From the NCBI GenBank assembly GCA_963841015.1, contig CAWJAX010000004.1, positions 64,001 to 128,000 of the forward strand: a DNA stretch of 64,000 nt. The letters are read 5' to 3'. The DNA comes from an uncultured Methanoregulaceae archaeon (lineage in GTDB: Archaea > Halobacteriota > Methanomicrobia > Methanomicrobiales > Methanospirillaceae). Below, one piece after another: positions 30,167 to 41,653 of the stretch; position 1 is the first letter of the stretch; each line of letters begins with the position of its first letter. The position numbers and the translations under genes are program-made. A model generated the notes under the pieces. That model saw nothing but the letters and a program-made list of their open reading frames with translations. It ran no database searches and was not told where the DNA came from.

Positions 30167-31815
30167 ACCGTTACCTCCTTTATCTTTACGAGCAGTTCAT
30201 CAGGAGAGAAGGGGCGCCCGTCATACTGCAGGATCCTTTCGTCGGCAACGATCCCGTACTGCCCTGCAAGCGTGGCAAGTTGTGCTGTTGCATTCTCCTC
30301 GACTGCAATCAGTTTCCTGACACCGTGGATCGCATTTTTCAGTTGAATCTCAGGGAACGGAGAGAGGATTATCGGCTGGATCACCCGCAGTCCAAGGAGA
30401 GATGCGATTTCATTACACACACCTTTTGTGGATCCCCAGCAGAGAAGTGCCGTGGAAGCGTCAGAAACTCCGGACAGCATGACACCCGGATAGTGTTGCA
30501 TCTCCTCTGCCAGGCCTTCCCACTTGCGCAGACGTTTTTTTGTCATCTGAACAACAACATCAGCCCTTTCGCTCGTGATACCTGCCGTATCATGCGCATA
30601 GCTGTTCACCTTGATTACTGCATCTTTCATTCCCGGAATGGCAAGGGGTGAAACACCGGACTGTGTATCTGCGTATCGGAGATAGGGCATACTCCCTGAC
30701 CATGCGGGGGAGTCCTCTCTTGGGACATCTGAAATTGCAGCAGGATCGACACTATAGGTTCCCTCAGAAAGGGTTTTATCGGTAAGGATGAATGCAGGAA
30801 CCTGAAATTTCCATGCTATATTCATAGCGATTTCTGACCAGAACAGAGATTCCTGTGCATCCCCCGGAGCAACAATCAACCGGGGGTATTCTCCCTGTCC
30901 GGCGTGGAGGACAAAAGCGAGCTCGGACTGACCGGTATAGGTAGGGAGCCCGGTTGAAGGCCCGGTCCGCTGGGACACCACGAGCACAAGGGGTATCTCT
31001 GCCATTCCGGCAAGGGAAAGTCCTTCGGTCATCAGGCAGAACCCGCCTCCTGATGTGCCCACTGCGGATCGTTTGCCGGCATAGGAAAACCCGAGTGCCA
31101 TCAGGATTACCGCAATTTCGTTCTCGGGATGCACGACCGTAATGCCAAACCTTTCCTGGTGTTCTGCGAGAAAATGGAGGAGGCTTGATGAGGGTGTCAT
31201 GGGATACGAGACATAGGCGTCAAGTCCTCCTTTTACCATACCCAGGCCTATCGCTTCGTTGCCGGTGAGAAGGGGGCGGGGCGGCTGTATCCCTTTCCGC
31301 ACCAGGTGTCCTTTTTCAACCTGATCATATGCCCTCTTTGCTACTGTCAGGTTAAGGTCAACTTCTTTGGGGATATGGGCTTTAAATACCGCTTCAACAA
31401 CATCCCAATCAATTCCAGCCGCTTTTGCAAATCCACCGATAATTGCCGAATTTCCCATGATTGCCGGGGCTTTTTCCCTGGTCAGAATTGCCTGTACCGG
31501 AATACCCTGACCAGCAGATTTCACCAGATCTGCGTTGTATATGATGGCAGTTTCAGGTGTACATCTGTCACGATGCTGCTCTATTGTTTCATTGTTGAGT
31601 GCCAGGATAAAATCCAGGCTGTTCCAACAGGTCCCGACATTCTGTTCTGAACCCCGGATAATCGCAAAATTATGCCCCCCTCGTATCAGGGAAGGGTAAT
31701 CAAAGTACAGGTAAATACAATAACCACTCTGATTGAGCAACTGGGCAACCAATGCACCTGCACTGTTGATACCATCACCCGCTTTCCCTCCGATCAGCAC
31801 TGAAATGTCTTTCAT
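30163..31815 (-). CDS. 2-oxoacid:ferredoxin oxidoreductase, alpha subunit (gamma-alpha fusion)
   Basis: GGKAGDG, IRGGHN, GNEA, YPMTP, ENEIA, TSGGG and QRTGPSTGLPT motifs. Confidence 0.93.
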   Translation of the reverse strand: MKDISVLIGGKAGDGINSAGALVAQLLNQSGYCIYLYFDYPSLIRGGHNFAIIRGSEQNVGTCWNSLDFILALNNETIEQHRDRCTPETAIIYNADLVKSAGQGIPVQAILTREKAPAIMGNSAIIGGFAKAAGIDWDVVEAVFKAHIPKEVDLNLTVAKRAYDQVEKGHLVRKGIQPPRPLLTGNEAIGLGMVKGGLDAYVSYPMTPSSSLLHFLAEHQERFGITVVHPENEIAVILMALGFSYAGKRSAVGTSGGGFCLMTEGLSLAGMAEIPLVLVVSQRTGPSTGLPTYTGQSELAFVLHAGQGEYPRLIVAPGDAQESLFWSEIAMNIAWKFQVPAFILTDKTLSEGTYSVDPAAISDVPREDSPAWSGSMPYLRYADTQSGVSPLAIPGMKDAVIKVNSYAHDTAGITSERADVVVQMTKKRLRKWEGLAEEMQHYPGVMLSGVSDASTALLCWGSTKGVCNEIASLLGLRVIQPIILSPFPEIQLKNAIHGVRKLIAVEENATAQLATLAGQYGIVADERILQYDGRPFSPDELLVKIKEVTV

Positions 31816-32124
31816 AGGGATTTTCCGTATGTTCTGATACTTTTTTTAAAGACGTAAATAGGTTAGCATACCGTAATTGCGGAGGTTTTTTCCCGTAAGC
31901 GGAAGGATCGTTTCGTTGATACTCATTCCATTTACCGTATTTGTTCACGGATCCGGAGGATACCTGGATGACATCACCTATCCACATTAATATATATTCA
32001 GGGGTCATAAAATTTTTAAAATATGGTCAGTTCAAGGGTGTAATCCTGGCAACACTGTCCCTATTGCGGCCCGGTGTTCATCATAATTGATCTTACTCTT
32101 AAGGGATAGCAAAGAGGTAGCATC

Positions 32125-33027
32125 GTGAAGAATGAGAATCTGATTCTGGATAACAAATCGTTCACCCTGTATTCCACAACGGTTATGGACATGAACGGTC
32201 TTGTCAGGGCAATCCGGCATAACAACCTTGGTGTCCGCTGGCGGGCCGCACTGGCACTGGGAGATCTTGGTGAACCTGCAGTAAAACCGCTCATCCGTGC
32301 ACTCAAGGAGCATGACCAGGACGTTCGCTGGCTGGCTGCACTCGCGTTGGGCAAGATCGGCAGGGATGCTATCCCCCAGCTCATCAGGGCTATGCATGAA
32401 AAAGATTATGATGTACGGTGGCATGCCACCCGTATACTGGCAGAAATCGGGGAACCGGCAATACCCCAGCTCGTGTCCCTGCTCAGCGAAGGAGACAGCG
32501 ATGTTCAGTGGCACAGCGCACTTAGCCTCTCGATGATTGGAAAGCCCGCTGTTGACTCACTGATCCTTGCACTTAAAGATAAACACTGGTGGGTGAGAAC
32601 GCGATCTGCATGGGCTCTGGGTGAGATTAAAGACACGCGTGCAGTGGAACCCCTTATCCAGTCGGTGAACGATCAGGACTGGTATGTCCGCTGGAGTGCT
32701 GCCGATGCACTCGGTAAAATTGGTGACACACGTGCGGCAAAGTGCCTTGGAGCCGCATTGAAAGAGTCGGACTCCTATGTCCAGGTACCTGCTTTGTGGG
32801 CGCTGGGAAAAATGGGGAGCAGTATTTCAGTGGATTCACTGATCGGGTCACTGAAAAATCCTGACTGGTATATCCGCTGGGGTGCTGCTGATGCACTCGG
32901 TAAAATTGGTGACAAAAGGGCTCTTGAACCCCTGAAACGGATAAAAGACGATGATGATGATGATGTGCGCAGGGCGGTTAATGAGGCAATTGAAAAGATC
33001 GTAGCAAATAATTCAGATACCGCATGA
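32125..33027 (+). CDS. HEAT/PBS-lyase repeat protein
   Basis: Repeated VRWxAAxALGxIGD units. Confidence 0.9.
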   Translation: MKNENLILDNKSFTLYSTTVMDMNGLVRAIRHNNLGVRWRAALALGDLGEPAVKPLIRALKEHDQDVRWLAALALGKIGRDAIPQLIRAMHEKDYDVRWHATRILAEIGEPAIPQLVSLLSEGDSDVQWHSALSLSMIGKPAVDSLILALKDKHWWVRTRSAWALGEIKDTRAVEPLIQSVNDQDWYVRWSAADALGKIGDTRAAKCLGAALKESDSYVQVPALWALGKMGSSISVDSLIGSLKNPDWYIRWGAADALGKIGDKRALEPLKRIKDDDDDDVRRAVNEAIEKIVANNSDTA

Positions 33028-33056
33028 GAAGGGTGTCATCCGCTCTATCCGGCTTG

Positions 33057-33458
33057 TTATTTTTTTATAATTTTCTCGAGAAGGTTTCTCATTTCCTGAA
33101 TATTATAGGGTTTGGTAAGTCTTTCACGAAAACCATAGTGTGAAAAATCCTGGACAACGGGATCGTTGGTATAGCCACTGGATACCACAGCTTTTACCTC
33201 AGGATCAACGTTCCTGAGCAGTTCAATCGTTTCTTTACCCCCCAGCCCATTGGGAACGGAGAGATCCAGGATGACAATATCAAAAGGGGATCCGGCGGCT
33301 TTCTCTTTTTTATAGAGATCGATGGCAGCCTGCCCATCCTTTGCAGACATGACATCATACTTGAGAAATGTGAGTATTTCCCCTGTCACATCAAGGATGA
33401 TCTGCTCATCATCCATCAGGAGCACTTTTCCTTTGCCGGACATACAAAAATCCTTCAC
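33057..33458 (-). CDS. Stand-alone response regulator (receiver domain)
   Basis: LLMDDE, ILDL, SSGY and KPY motifs. Confidence 0.9.
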   Translation of the reverse strand: MKDFCMSGKGKVLLMDDEQIILDVTGEILTFLKYDVMSAKDGQAAIDLYKKEKAAGSPFDIVILDLSVPNGLGGKETIELLRNVDPEVKAVVSSGYTNDPVVQDFSHYGFRERLTKPYNIQEMRNLLEKIIKK

Positions 33459-33488
33459 GATTCTACTGACACTGTGTTTACATCGGAT

Positions 33489-33764
33489 TTATTTCTTAAA
33501 TGTTCGTAAACGGGCTGCTTCAGCAGTATCCTCCATACGGAGAAGAAATGTTCCATGACAGGGTTTTGTGTACGGGAAAATGATGAAATCATTTTCGAGC
33601 CCTATTGCAATCGGGGGGATGCCGATGAGGTGGATATCAAAGACCTTGAAACCCGGTTGCACATCGATATGCTCTTTAAAATGCTGCCGGACATATTCCC
33701 TGCATTCCTTAAACGATTGATCCCGCAGGAGGATTTCATAGTTCATTGATTCTACGCAGCCCAT
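33489..33764 (-). CDS. DUF1894 family protein
   Basis: FPYTKPCHGTF motif; paired with DUF1890. Confidence 0.8.
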   Translation of the reverse strand: MGCVESMNYEILLRDQSFKECREYVRQHFKEHIDVQPGFKVFDIHLIGIPPIAIGLENDFIIFPYTKPCHGTFLLRMEDTAEAARLRTFKK

Positions 33765-34225
33765 GGGGTTACCTCATCAAGTGCTTTTTTCAGGGGCAGG
33801 GGATTATGCACGGCTTTTGCTGCAATGATTGTGCAGGGAAAGTCAATCTGTTTAACCAGATCATCATAATGTTCTCCGTACACGAGCGTGAAGACCTTCG
33901 CTCCGGAAATCGCACCCATAGTCGCTGCATAACTGATACCGGCGTCGTTGTGGATGAAAACAAAGCAGCGGTCAAAGTCCCGTTTCTTGTCGGTTATCAT
34001 CGCAACCGCACGGTCGAGATCCATGACCTCACCAAGATAGTGCCGGTCCGGGTCTGCGATAACAAGAAGCGTATTTGCAGCTTTATTTCCGGCAACGACC
34101 GGGATAAAGCCGGATTTTTTAAGCCGGTTGATCAGGTACAAGGCGATGCTCGTCTGCACAGGTACCTGCGGGCACCCGAGCACGAGGAGTGCCGATCCCG
34201 GGGATGTTGGTGGTTCACCTGACAA
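33752..34225 (-). CDS. DUF1890 family protein
   Basis: LGCPQVPVQ, ADPDRHY, FIHNDAG and AVHNP motifs. Confidence 0.82.
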   Translation of the reverse strand: MSGEPPTSPGSALLVLGCPQVPVQTSIALYLINRLKKSGFIPVVAGNKAANTLLVIADPDRHYLGEVMDLDRAVAMITDKKRDFDRCFVFIHNDAGISYAATMGAISGAKVFTLVYGEHYDDLVKQIDFPCTIIAAKAVHNPLPLKKALDEVTPWAA

Positions 34226-34291
34226 ATCTACCAGTTCCTGCCGTTTTGTATAGTTTCATTTTTTCAGCCACAGGGAATAACTTTTGCTTTA

Positions 34292-35047
34292 TCACATTGT
34301 TCGGAATGATGGTATCTCTGAACCCAGGATACGCTCCGGATGCGTGTAAATCGTAAACCGGTCCCCGCGGGAGAAACATACCAGGGTAATACCCGCTGCA
34401 TCAGCAGCTGCAATTCCTTTATCCGTCGATGCAGCGCGGGAGATTACTACCGGTATCCCTGCGTTTGCATCTTTTTTCACCATACCGGCAGGTTGTCTTC
34501 CTGTGCAGCCAATCACACACCGGGAGAGGTCAATCCCGTTTAAAATGGCATGACCGACCACTTTGTCAACCGTGTTATGCCTCCCCACGTCACTGCTTTT
34601 TACAACACATTTTCCCTCATAGAACAGGACCGAACAATGGACAGCACCGGTCTTTCGCCATACCTCGGTTTCAATCCCGCGTGTACAGGAAAAAACATCT
34701 TCCGGTGTTATACGGAGATCTGATGAAACTTTTCCCGGTAGCTCGCATATGCTCGTACCTCCCGAAGATCCTACCTCTTTTTTGGATCGCGCTACATCAC
34801 ACCCGCGATCGGCATAGACAAGGATGCGATCACCATCTATTTTCACCTTGTCCACACACCGGGTAAGTCCTTCCGTTATGACAAAGCCGGCACCGAGCTC
34901 CCGGAGCTGGTCACGGCTGGCAATCATATCAGTCACCGGACAGTCATTAAAAAGAATCTGGAACCGGTCCTCAATTACGATTGCATCAGTAATTTCTGAT
35001 ATCTCACCATTCCTGACCTGGATGCCGAGATGTTGGTCAAGGTTCAT
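34292..35047 (-). CDS. fdhD: Formate dehydrogenase accessory sulfurtransferase family protein
   Basis: TGAVH, DVGRHNTVDK, TGR, SRAAST and IYTHPERI motifs. Confidence 0.88.
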   Translation of the reverse strand: MNLDQHLGIQVRNGEISEITDAIVIEDRFQILFNDCPVTDMIASRDQLRELGAGFVITEGLTRCVDKVKIDGDRILVYADRGCDVARSKKEVGSSGGTSICELPGKVSSDLRITPEDVFSCTRGIETEVWRKTGAVHCSVLFYEGKCVVKSSDVGRHNTVDKVVGHAILNGIDLSRCVIGCTGRQPAGMVKKDANAGIPVVISRAASTDKGIAAADAAGITLVCFSRGDRFTIYTHPERILGSEIPSFRTM

Positions 35048-35366
35048 CCAGCGTCTCCTCAGTTACCCAGTCCAGGTAGGGCAGGTAACCGGCAATAACC
35101 GGAAGTGCTATGATCTCCGGCACTTGATAAGGGTGGAGATCTTTTATTGCTTCAATAACCTTTCCCGCGTTTTCCCTGGTTGTCTTTGCAATAAGCAGGT
35201 GTTCCTGTTCATCACAGAACTCACCTTTCCAGCGATAGCATGAACGGACGGGAACGATATTGACACATGCGACAAGACGTTTCCCGACAAGCATCCGTGC
35301 GAGTAATTCTGATTTGTCTGACGGAGCAGTAGAGAAAATCACGATCATATCCTTCTGCATGCTCAT
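35037..35366 (-). CDS. cutA: Divalent-cation tolerance protein CutA
   Basis: LVACVN, YRWKG, HPYQVPEI and YLDWV motifs. Confidence 0.93.
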   Translation of the reverse strand: MSMQKDMIVIFSTAPSDKSELLARMLVGKRLVACVNIVPVRSCYRWKGEFCDEQEHLLIAKTTRENAGKVIEAIKDLHPYQVPEIIALPVIAGYLPYLDWVTEETLDEP

Positions 35367-35566
35367 GAACGTGCTCCCGACAGCTGGTTTGGATAATCAT
35401 ACCAACTGAAGAACCGGTGTACTTTGATAGTCTCCTTCTTTTTCTCCATAGGGCTCATTTTTTTATTTCGGATACATAAGCATAACCATTCTGCCTGATG
35501 AGGGGAAGGCCGGGAATACGCGGGAACGGTAATTACAATAAATCCGGACACCTACAGGTACTACCT

Positions 35567-36716
35567 ATGTACGCAGCACGAATGAGCAATCTCCCTCCGT
35601 ATCTTTTTGCCCGGATTGACGAGATGAAAGCGGAACAACAAAGAAAAGGTGTTGACATCATCGATCTCGGGGTCGGGGACCCTGACCTTCCTACTCCGTC
35701 CCATATTGTAGCATCTCTCTGTGAAGCGGCAAAGAACCCGGAAAACCACCACTATCCATCTTACACCGGTATGCCGGCATACCGTGGGGCAGTGGCAGAC
35801 TGGTACAAAAACCGGTTCGGGGTCCCGCTTGATCCGGGAAAAGAGGTAGTCGCTCTCATGGGTTCAAAGGATGGAATCGCCCATATCGCGGAAGCTTTTG
35901 TAAATCCGGGGGACTATGTACTCGTTCCGAGCCCGGGCTATCCGGTATACCGCACAGGAACACTCTTTGCCGAGGGGATTGTGCATGAAATGCCACTCAC
36001 GAGGGAGAATGCATTTATCCCGGTGCTGGATGACATCCCGAAAAAGGTGATTAAATCAGCAAAGTCTTATGTTCATCAACTATCCGAATAATCCAACGGC
36101 GGCGGTCGCTCCGGAGGGCTTCTACCGCGAGGTGGTAGACTTTGCCCATGAGCACAATATTGTTGTCGTTTCGGACAATGCGTACTCCGAGATCGCGTAT
36201 GACGGGTATCGTGCCCCGTCATTCCTGGAGACAAAAGGAGCCAGGGAAACAGGTATTGAGATGCACTCACTTTCAAAGACCTACAATATGACCGGCTGGC
36301 GGATTGGTATGGCAGTCGGCAATGCAGATATTCTTGCCGGTCTCGGGCGGGTCAAGACCAATGTGGATTCGGGAGTCTTCAATGCAGTACAGCAGGCTGC
36401 AATCACCGCTTTGCGCGGACCGCAGAATTGTGTGGAAGAAGCCTGCGTTATCTACCAGGAGCGGCGGGACGTGCTCATTGCCGGGCTGCGGGATCTTGGT
36501 TTTGAGGTACCTGCTCCCCGGGCAACCTTCTATGTCTGGCTGCCGGTACAGGACTGCATGGCATTTTCCGCAAAACTGTTGAACAAAGCAGGTATTGTGG
36601 CAACACCGGGAATAGGCTTTGGCTCAAGCGGAGAAGGGTATGTGAGGTTCGCCCTTACCCGACCCGTTGCCCGGATACAAGAGGCAATCGAACGCATGCG
36701 GGGGCTTGACCTGTGA
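35567..36716 (+). CDS. dapL: LL-diaminopimelate aminotransferase (apparent +1 insertion at ~36065)
   Basis: LPPYLFA, LGVGDPD, GSKDG | [23 protein letters not shown] motifs; coupled to lysA. Confidence 0.85.
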
Positions 36717-38005
36717 AACTTCCTCCCCACCTTCACATAAAAAATGGTCATCTGCATATCAACAGCGTTGACTGCGTTGCACTCGCTCAGCAGTATGGGA
36801 CACCCCTGTACGTTACCAGCGAGGACCGGGTCTGCGAGCAGTTCAGGAGTTACAAAAAAGCCCTGACCAGCCGGTACCCGAAAGTCAGGATACTTTTTGC
36901 GGCAAAAGCAAATGGTAACCTTGCCGTGATGCGGGCTCTTGCCCGGCTGGGCGCAGGTGCTGATGTTTTTTCCTCAGGAGAACTTCATCTCGCTCTCGAT
37001 GCCGGAATGCATGCAGAAAATCTCCTTTTCAACGGCAGTTCAAAAACACAAAACGACCTGAAACTTGCAGTCGAAAAGGGCGTAAAAGTATCGGTAGATT
37101 CACTTGACGAACTCCACCAGCTCGATGCAGCGGCAAAAGCAGCAGGAAAAACCGCTAAGATTGCATTCCGGGTGAATCCGGCACTCGAAGTACCGACACA
37201 CCCGAAGATCGCAACCGGGCTGGCAACCAGCAAGTTTGGCATTCCCCATAAAGAGATCCCTGCAGCATACCGGGAAGCCCTGTCATGTAAAAATATCCAG
37301 CCGGTTGGTATTCACTGCCATATCGGTTCACAGATCCTTGATGTGGAGCCATTTGTCCGGGCTGCGGAAGTTATGGTCAGGATTGCCAGGGAACTTACAG
37401 ATATGGGGGTCAGGCTTGAATTCATCGATCTGGGTGGGGGGCTTGGGATTCCTTACCACCATGACACGGACCCGGCTCCTGCTCCAGAGGAGTATGCGGC
37501 AAAAGTGGTCCCGATATTCAAAGCCGGTGTCGAAGCATGCGGAATTACCCCGGAACTCTGGGTTGAGCCCGGGCGCTCGCTCGTGGCTGACTCGACGGTT
37601 CTCTTAACGGGCGTCAACTCGACTAAATCCGCACACAAGAAATTTGCCAATGTGGATGCCGGGTTCAACCTCCTCATTCGTCCTGCAATGTATGATGCCT
37701 ATCACGAAGTCATCGTTGCAAATAAAGCGGATGCCCCGCTGACCACAGAATATACCGTCACCGGCCCCATCTGCGAGACCGGTGACATTCTTGCACCGGA
37801 CCGGAAACTTCCGCAGATTGCTGCCGGGGACATCATTGCAGTACTGGATACCGGTGCATACGGGTTTGCAATGTCCTCGCAGTATAATTGTCGTCCCCGT
37901 TGCCCTGAGGTGCTGATACAGGGAACACAGGTATCACTGATGCGCAGGGGCGAAACTATCGGGGATATCACTGCCACCATGCAGTGCCCGCCCTGGCAAC
38001 GGTAA
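36713..38005 (+). CDS. lysA: Diaminopimelate decarboxylase
   Basis: FAAKAN, SKFG, HCHIGSQ, DLGGG, EPGR, GPICE and GAYG motifs. Confidence 0.95.
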   Translation: MKLPPHLHIKNGHLHINSVDCVALAQQYGTPLYVTSEDRVCEQFRSYKKALTSRYPKVRILFAAKANGNLAVMRALARLGAGADVFSSGELHLALDAGMHAENLLFNGSSKTQNDLKLAVEKGVKVSVDSLDELHQLDAAAKAAGKTAKIAFRVNPALEVPTHPKIATGLATSKFGIPHKEIPAAYREALSCKNIQPVGIHCHIGSQILDVEPFVRAAEVMVRIARELTDMGVRLEFIDLGGGLGIPYHHDTDPAPAPEEYAAKVVPIFKAGVEACGITPELWVEPGRSLVADSTVLLTGVNSTKSAHKKFANVDAGFNLLIRPAMYDAYHEVIVANKADAPLTTEYTVTGPICETGDILAPDRKLPQIAAGDIIAVLDTGAYGFAMSSQYNCRPRCPEVLIQGTQVSLMRRGETIGDITATMQCPPWQR

Positions 38006-38022
38006 GGGGGCGAAATAAACCT

Positions 38023-39321
38023 GTGCTGTTCCACTACGCTCTGGTCGATGACCTTATTTCAAAAGAGGAGTTCGAACGGCGTGTAGAAACCAAGATCGAA
38101 GAGTGCGGGGATCTTGTTGATGAGCCGACAGCGGCCATGCTCGTAGTCGGTGAACTGGGCCGTCAGCATGTGAAGATACGGGGTTTAGGGGGAAAATCCA
38201 GCCTCTTTTCATTTTTCGGGAAGGTTATCGACAAGACTGAACCAAAGGAATTTGACCGGAATGACGGAGAGAAAGGCTGGGTAGCTACCCTTCTTACTGG
38301 TGACGAGACCGGAACAACACGAGTAGTCCTGTGGGATGAGAAAGCAGGGGCTGCCAATGACATTGCAATCGGGGATGTACTGGAGATCATCGGGCGCCAC
38401 CCGGGAAAGAGCACGACAGAGATTTACGCACTGGCCCTGCGCAAGGCAGGATGCGAGATCATCTGTGCACTGCCCGCGAACGGGGCTGCCATCGGGAGCC
38501 TTTCATCCGAGCCGGTGGAGCTTGATGCGATCCTTATTGCATACGAAGAGCCGCGTACCTTCAACCGCAGGGACGGCACGAGCGGTGAGCTGACAGAAGC
38601 TGTTATGGGGGATTCTCTGGGAACTGCCCGGCTTATAGCATGGGTTCCGGACCTGTTTGCAAATATCCTCCCGGGCACTTCCGTTCATATCACCGGTGCA
38701 AAACCTGACAGGCGCAGTACAGGAAGAGCATACAGCCTTGATGAGAAGAGCTCAGTGGGGGTCACTGATCAGTTGATCACCGTGCCGTTCACGCCCCTTT
38801 GTTCCGTGAGCGAAGAGGGGATCTATTCAATTACGGGTAGCGTAAAAGAGGTAAAAGAACCGCGATCGTTTACAACCCGCAACGGTTCAGTGTCCTGGGT
38901 AAGAAATATTGTTGTGAGCGATGGCAAAGATGACCTGAAAGTGGTTCTCTGGGGCGAGAAAGCGTTAGTTCCGGTGCTTCCCGGGGATCAGGTTAACGTC
39001 TACCATGCCACTGCCAAACCCGGTCGTTACGGGGGCATTGAGCTGGGTGTCGGACGGGGGAGTTCATTCCAGGTGCCAGAAGAAGAGACACACCCGATCA
39101 TATTTGAAGGAACCATCATTACCGGGCAGGGATGCACCTTTATCGATAATGGTACCGAACGCTATATTATTGAAGGAAATCTCCCGCATGGGATTGAGGT
39201 GCAGGTAACCGGTATTCTTTCAGGCAATCGGATCACCGCTGAATATACCCAACCGGTTGATCTCAAACCGGAGATCCTGCTGGTGCAGCTCCGCGGATTT
39301 ATCGAAGAACTCGACAAATAA
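38023..39321 (+). CDS. Replication protein A-like multi-OB-fold ssDNA-binding protein
   Basis: Repeated FxRxDG..G.V.....DETG..RVVLW OB motifs; upstream of radA; GTG start inferred. Confidence 0.85.
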   Translation: MLFHYALVDDLISKEEFERRVETKIEECGDLVDEPTAAMLVVGELGRQHVKIRGLGGKSSLFSFFGKVIDKTEPKEFDRNDGEKGWVATLLTGDETGTTRVVLWDEKAGAANDIAIGDVLEIIGRHPGKSTTEIYALALRKAGCEIICALPANGAAIGSLSSEPVELDAILIAYEEPRTFNRRDGTSGELTEAVMGDSLGTARLIAWVPDLFANILPGTSVHITGAKPDRRSTGRAYSLDEKSSVGVTDQLITVPFTPLCSVSEEGIYSITGSVKEVKEPRSFTTRNGSVSWVRNIVVSDGKDDLKVVLWGEKALVPVLPGDQVNVYHATAKPGRYGGIELGVGRGSSFQVPEEETHPIIFEGTIITGQGCTFIDNGTERYIIEGNLPHGIEVQVTGILSGNRITAEYTQPVDLKPEILLVQLRGFIEELDK

Positions 39322-39402
39322 ACCTCACTTTCGCCCCGCGCAGTCCGAGAGCATATATGCCCATGTTTAACATCTTGATGTGCCATAGGAGATGTGCAAG
39401 AA

Positions 39403-40377
39403 ATGGCTGAACGAGCTTTAGAGATTGAAGATTTACCGGGCGTAGGCCCAAGCACCGCAGATAAACTCCGTGAAGCGGGATACCTCTCGGTAGAGAGTAT
39501 TGCAACTGCATCACCGGCAGAGCTTTCCGAGATCTCGGAAATCTCCGAATCGGTAGCAAAAAAGATTGTCAAAGCTGCACGCGAAGCCGCAGATATCGGC
39601 GGGTTCAAGACCGGAAAAGACATCTTCGAACAGAGAAAGGACATCAGGAAACTATCGTTCCGTGTTCCCGAACTCGATACCCTGATGGGTGGGGGTCTGG
39701 AGACCCAGGCCATCACCGAGATGTATGGTGAGTTCGGCTCCGGTAAGAGTCAGATTGTCCACCAGATGGCAGTTAATGTTCAGCTTCCTGAAGATCAGGG
39801 GGGGCTTAACGGAAGTGCCATCTACATCGATACCGAAAACACCTTCCGTCCCGAGCGTATCGAGCAGATGGTGCACGGACTGGGGATTGATAATGCGGAT
39901 CCGCAGGATTTTTTAAACAATATTCACATTGCACGGGCACATACCTCAGATCACCAGATGCTGCTTGTGGATAATTCTCGTGATCTTGCAGCGGAACTGA
40001 AAGACAGCGGGCGTCCGGTCAAACTCTTCATCATTGATTCCCTCACCGCACACTTCAGGGCTGAATACGCAGGGAGAGGTACCCTTGCGACACGCCAGCA
40101 GAAGCTGAACCGGCACATGCACGAACTCTTCAAGCTCATTGATGAGCACAATGCTGTTGCACTGGTAACAAACCAGGTAATGTCCAACCCGGCAGTCTTC
40201 TTCGGTGACCCGACAAAGCCGATTGGAGGTAACATTGTCGGACATACTGCAACCTTCCGGCTCTACCTGCGCAAGAGCAAAGGCGGTAAACGTATTGCAC
40301 GCCTTGTCGATAGTCCAAACCTCCCCGAGGGGGAAGCCCCGTTTATGGTAGAAGAGGCAGGTCTCAAATCGTGCTGA
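39403..40377 (+). CDS. radA: DNA repair and recombination protein RadA
   Basis: EDLPGVG Hh[26 protein letters not shown] and PIGGNIVGH motifs. Confidence 0.97.
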   Translation: MAERALEIEDLPGVGPSTADKLREAGYLSVESIATASPAELSEISEISESVAKKIVKAAREAADIGGFKTGKDIFEQRKDIRKLSFRVPELDTLMGGGLETQAITEMYGEFGSGKSQIVHQMAVNVQLPEDQGGLNGSAIYIDTENTFRPERIEQMVHGLGIDNADPQDFLNNIHIARAHTSDHQMLLVDNSRDLAAELKDSGRPVKLFIIDSLTAHFRAEYAGRGTLATRQQKLNRHMHELFKLIDEHNAVALVTNQVMSNPAVFFGDPTKPIGGNIVGHTATFRLYLRKSKGGKRIARLVDSPNLPEGEAPFMVEEAGLKSC

Positions 40378-41087
40378 AGGCGCTCCTTACTGATATTGAC
40401 GGGACGATCACTGATTCGTCCCGCCGGATAAACACCGGTGCAATCGACGCCATACGATCGCTTGTTGACGGGGGGGTAGAAGTAGTTCTTGCAAGCGGGA
40501 ACACTTCCTGTTTTATGGATGCTCTCTGCAAGATGATAGGAACGGACGGGACCTTCATTGCAGAGAACGGCGGGGTATTCCGGGTGGGATTTACCGGCCC
40601 GCTCCGCATCAAAGGAGACCAGACTCCCTGCAGGGAGGCACTGGAAATCGTTCAGGCTTATTACCGGGAACGGGGGAAAGAACTGGAACTTTTCAGCCCT
40701 GCATACCGCTTTTCTGATCTTGCATTTGCCCGGACCGTTCCTCCTGATGAGGTGAAAAAAATCCTTATAACCTCCACGGTTAAGGTGATCGATACCGGCT
40801 ATGCGATTCACCTGCAGTCACCCGGCATTGACAAGGGAACTGCACTGGAAGCACTCGCGCAGGAGATGGACTTGTCACCCTCAGATTTTCTTGCAATCGG
40901 GGATTCCCTGAATGACATCCAGATGCTCAGGACGGCAGGTATCGGGGTCACTGTGGCAAATGCCCATCCAGATACCAAGGCAGTTGCTGCATTTGTTGCA
41001 GAAAAAGAATATGGAAATGGATTTGTTGAAATAATTACTCAATATTCTTCTTATTTTTTGGCAAGGAAGCGGTCAACAACAATATAG
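40371..41087 (+). CDS. Phosphoglycolate phosphatase (HAD family, archaeal type)
   Basis: DIDGT, ASGN, DKG and GDSLND motifs. Confidence 0.88.
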   Translation: MLKALLTDIDGTITDSSRRINTGAIDAIRSLVDGGVEVVLASGNTSCFMDALCKMIGTDGTFIAENGGVFRVGFTGPLRIKGDQTPCREALEIVQAYYRERGKELELFSPAYRFSDLAFARTVPPDEVKKILITSTVKVIDTGYAIHLQSPGIDKGTALEALAQEMDLSPSDFLAIGDSLNDIQMLRTAGIGVTVANAHPDTKAVAAFVAEKEYGNGFVEIITQYSSYFLARKRSTTI

Positions 41088-41305
41088 TCCTTGATGTCCT
41101 TGACCGCTTCAAACGGTATTACCAGGAGTTTATCGTCTTCCATGGTATATCCATCAGTTACAAATGTCTGGTCAGGGTGGACAATCATTGCCTGAACCTG
41201 GCCGGAATCAAAATCAACCCTGATATTTTTTAGCGTTCCAATGAGCTTCCCATCATTGCTCATGATCTTTTTTCTTGAAAGGCTGCGGGCAAATACGCGA
41301 GACAT
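41051..41305 (-). CDS. PRC-barrel domain protein
   Basis: KKIMSNDGKLIGTLKNI...[15 protein letters not shown]. Confidence 0.88.
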   Translation of the reverse strand: MSRVFARSLSRKKIMSNDGKLIGTLKNIRVDFDSGQVQAMIVHPDQTFVTDGYTMEDDKLLVIPFEAVKDIKDYIVVDRFLAKK

Positions 41306-41391
41306 AAAAAAATTATGACGCGTATAAATATTTAAAGTGTTCTAAAATGGCGCGGAAAAAGAGTGTTTTTTGTATAAATAACCCATTTGCG

Positions 41392-41604
41392 TTATTTGAA
41401 AATTTCAGCTGCCATCTGGATATCAGATCCCCGCAGCGTCTTTCTTCCCGCATGATCCGACATTTTTTTTGCTTCCTTTGCCAAAAATAACCCATAATCT
41501 TCCATTAAAATCGCAAGGGTTTCTGTGGCATCGGCACTTATACGTTCGGCACCGGCTTTTTTTATGATACGTTCAACTGCTGCCTGGGATAATTCTGTCA
41601 TCAT
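41392..41604 (-). CDS. Archaeal histone
   Basis: ELSQAAVERIIKKAGAERIS...HAGRKTL..DI histone fold. Confidence 0.93.
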   Translation of the reverse strand: MMTELSQAAVERIIKKAGAERISADATETLAILMEDYGLFLAKEAKKMSDHAGRKTLRGSDIQMAAEIFK

Positions 41605-41653
41605 ACACACATCCTTGCATTCAATTTGATTTATACTATCTAAAGATATTGGA

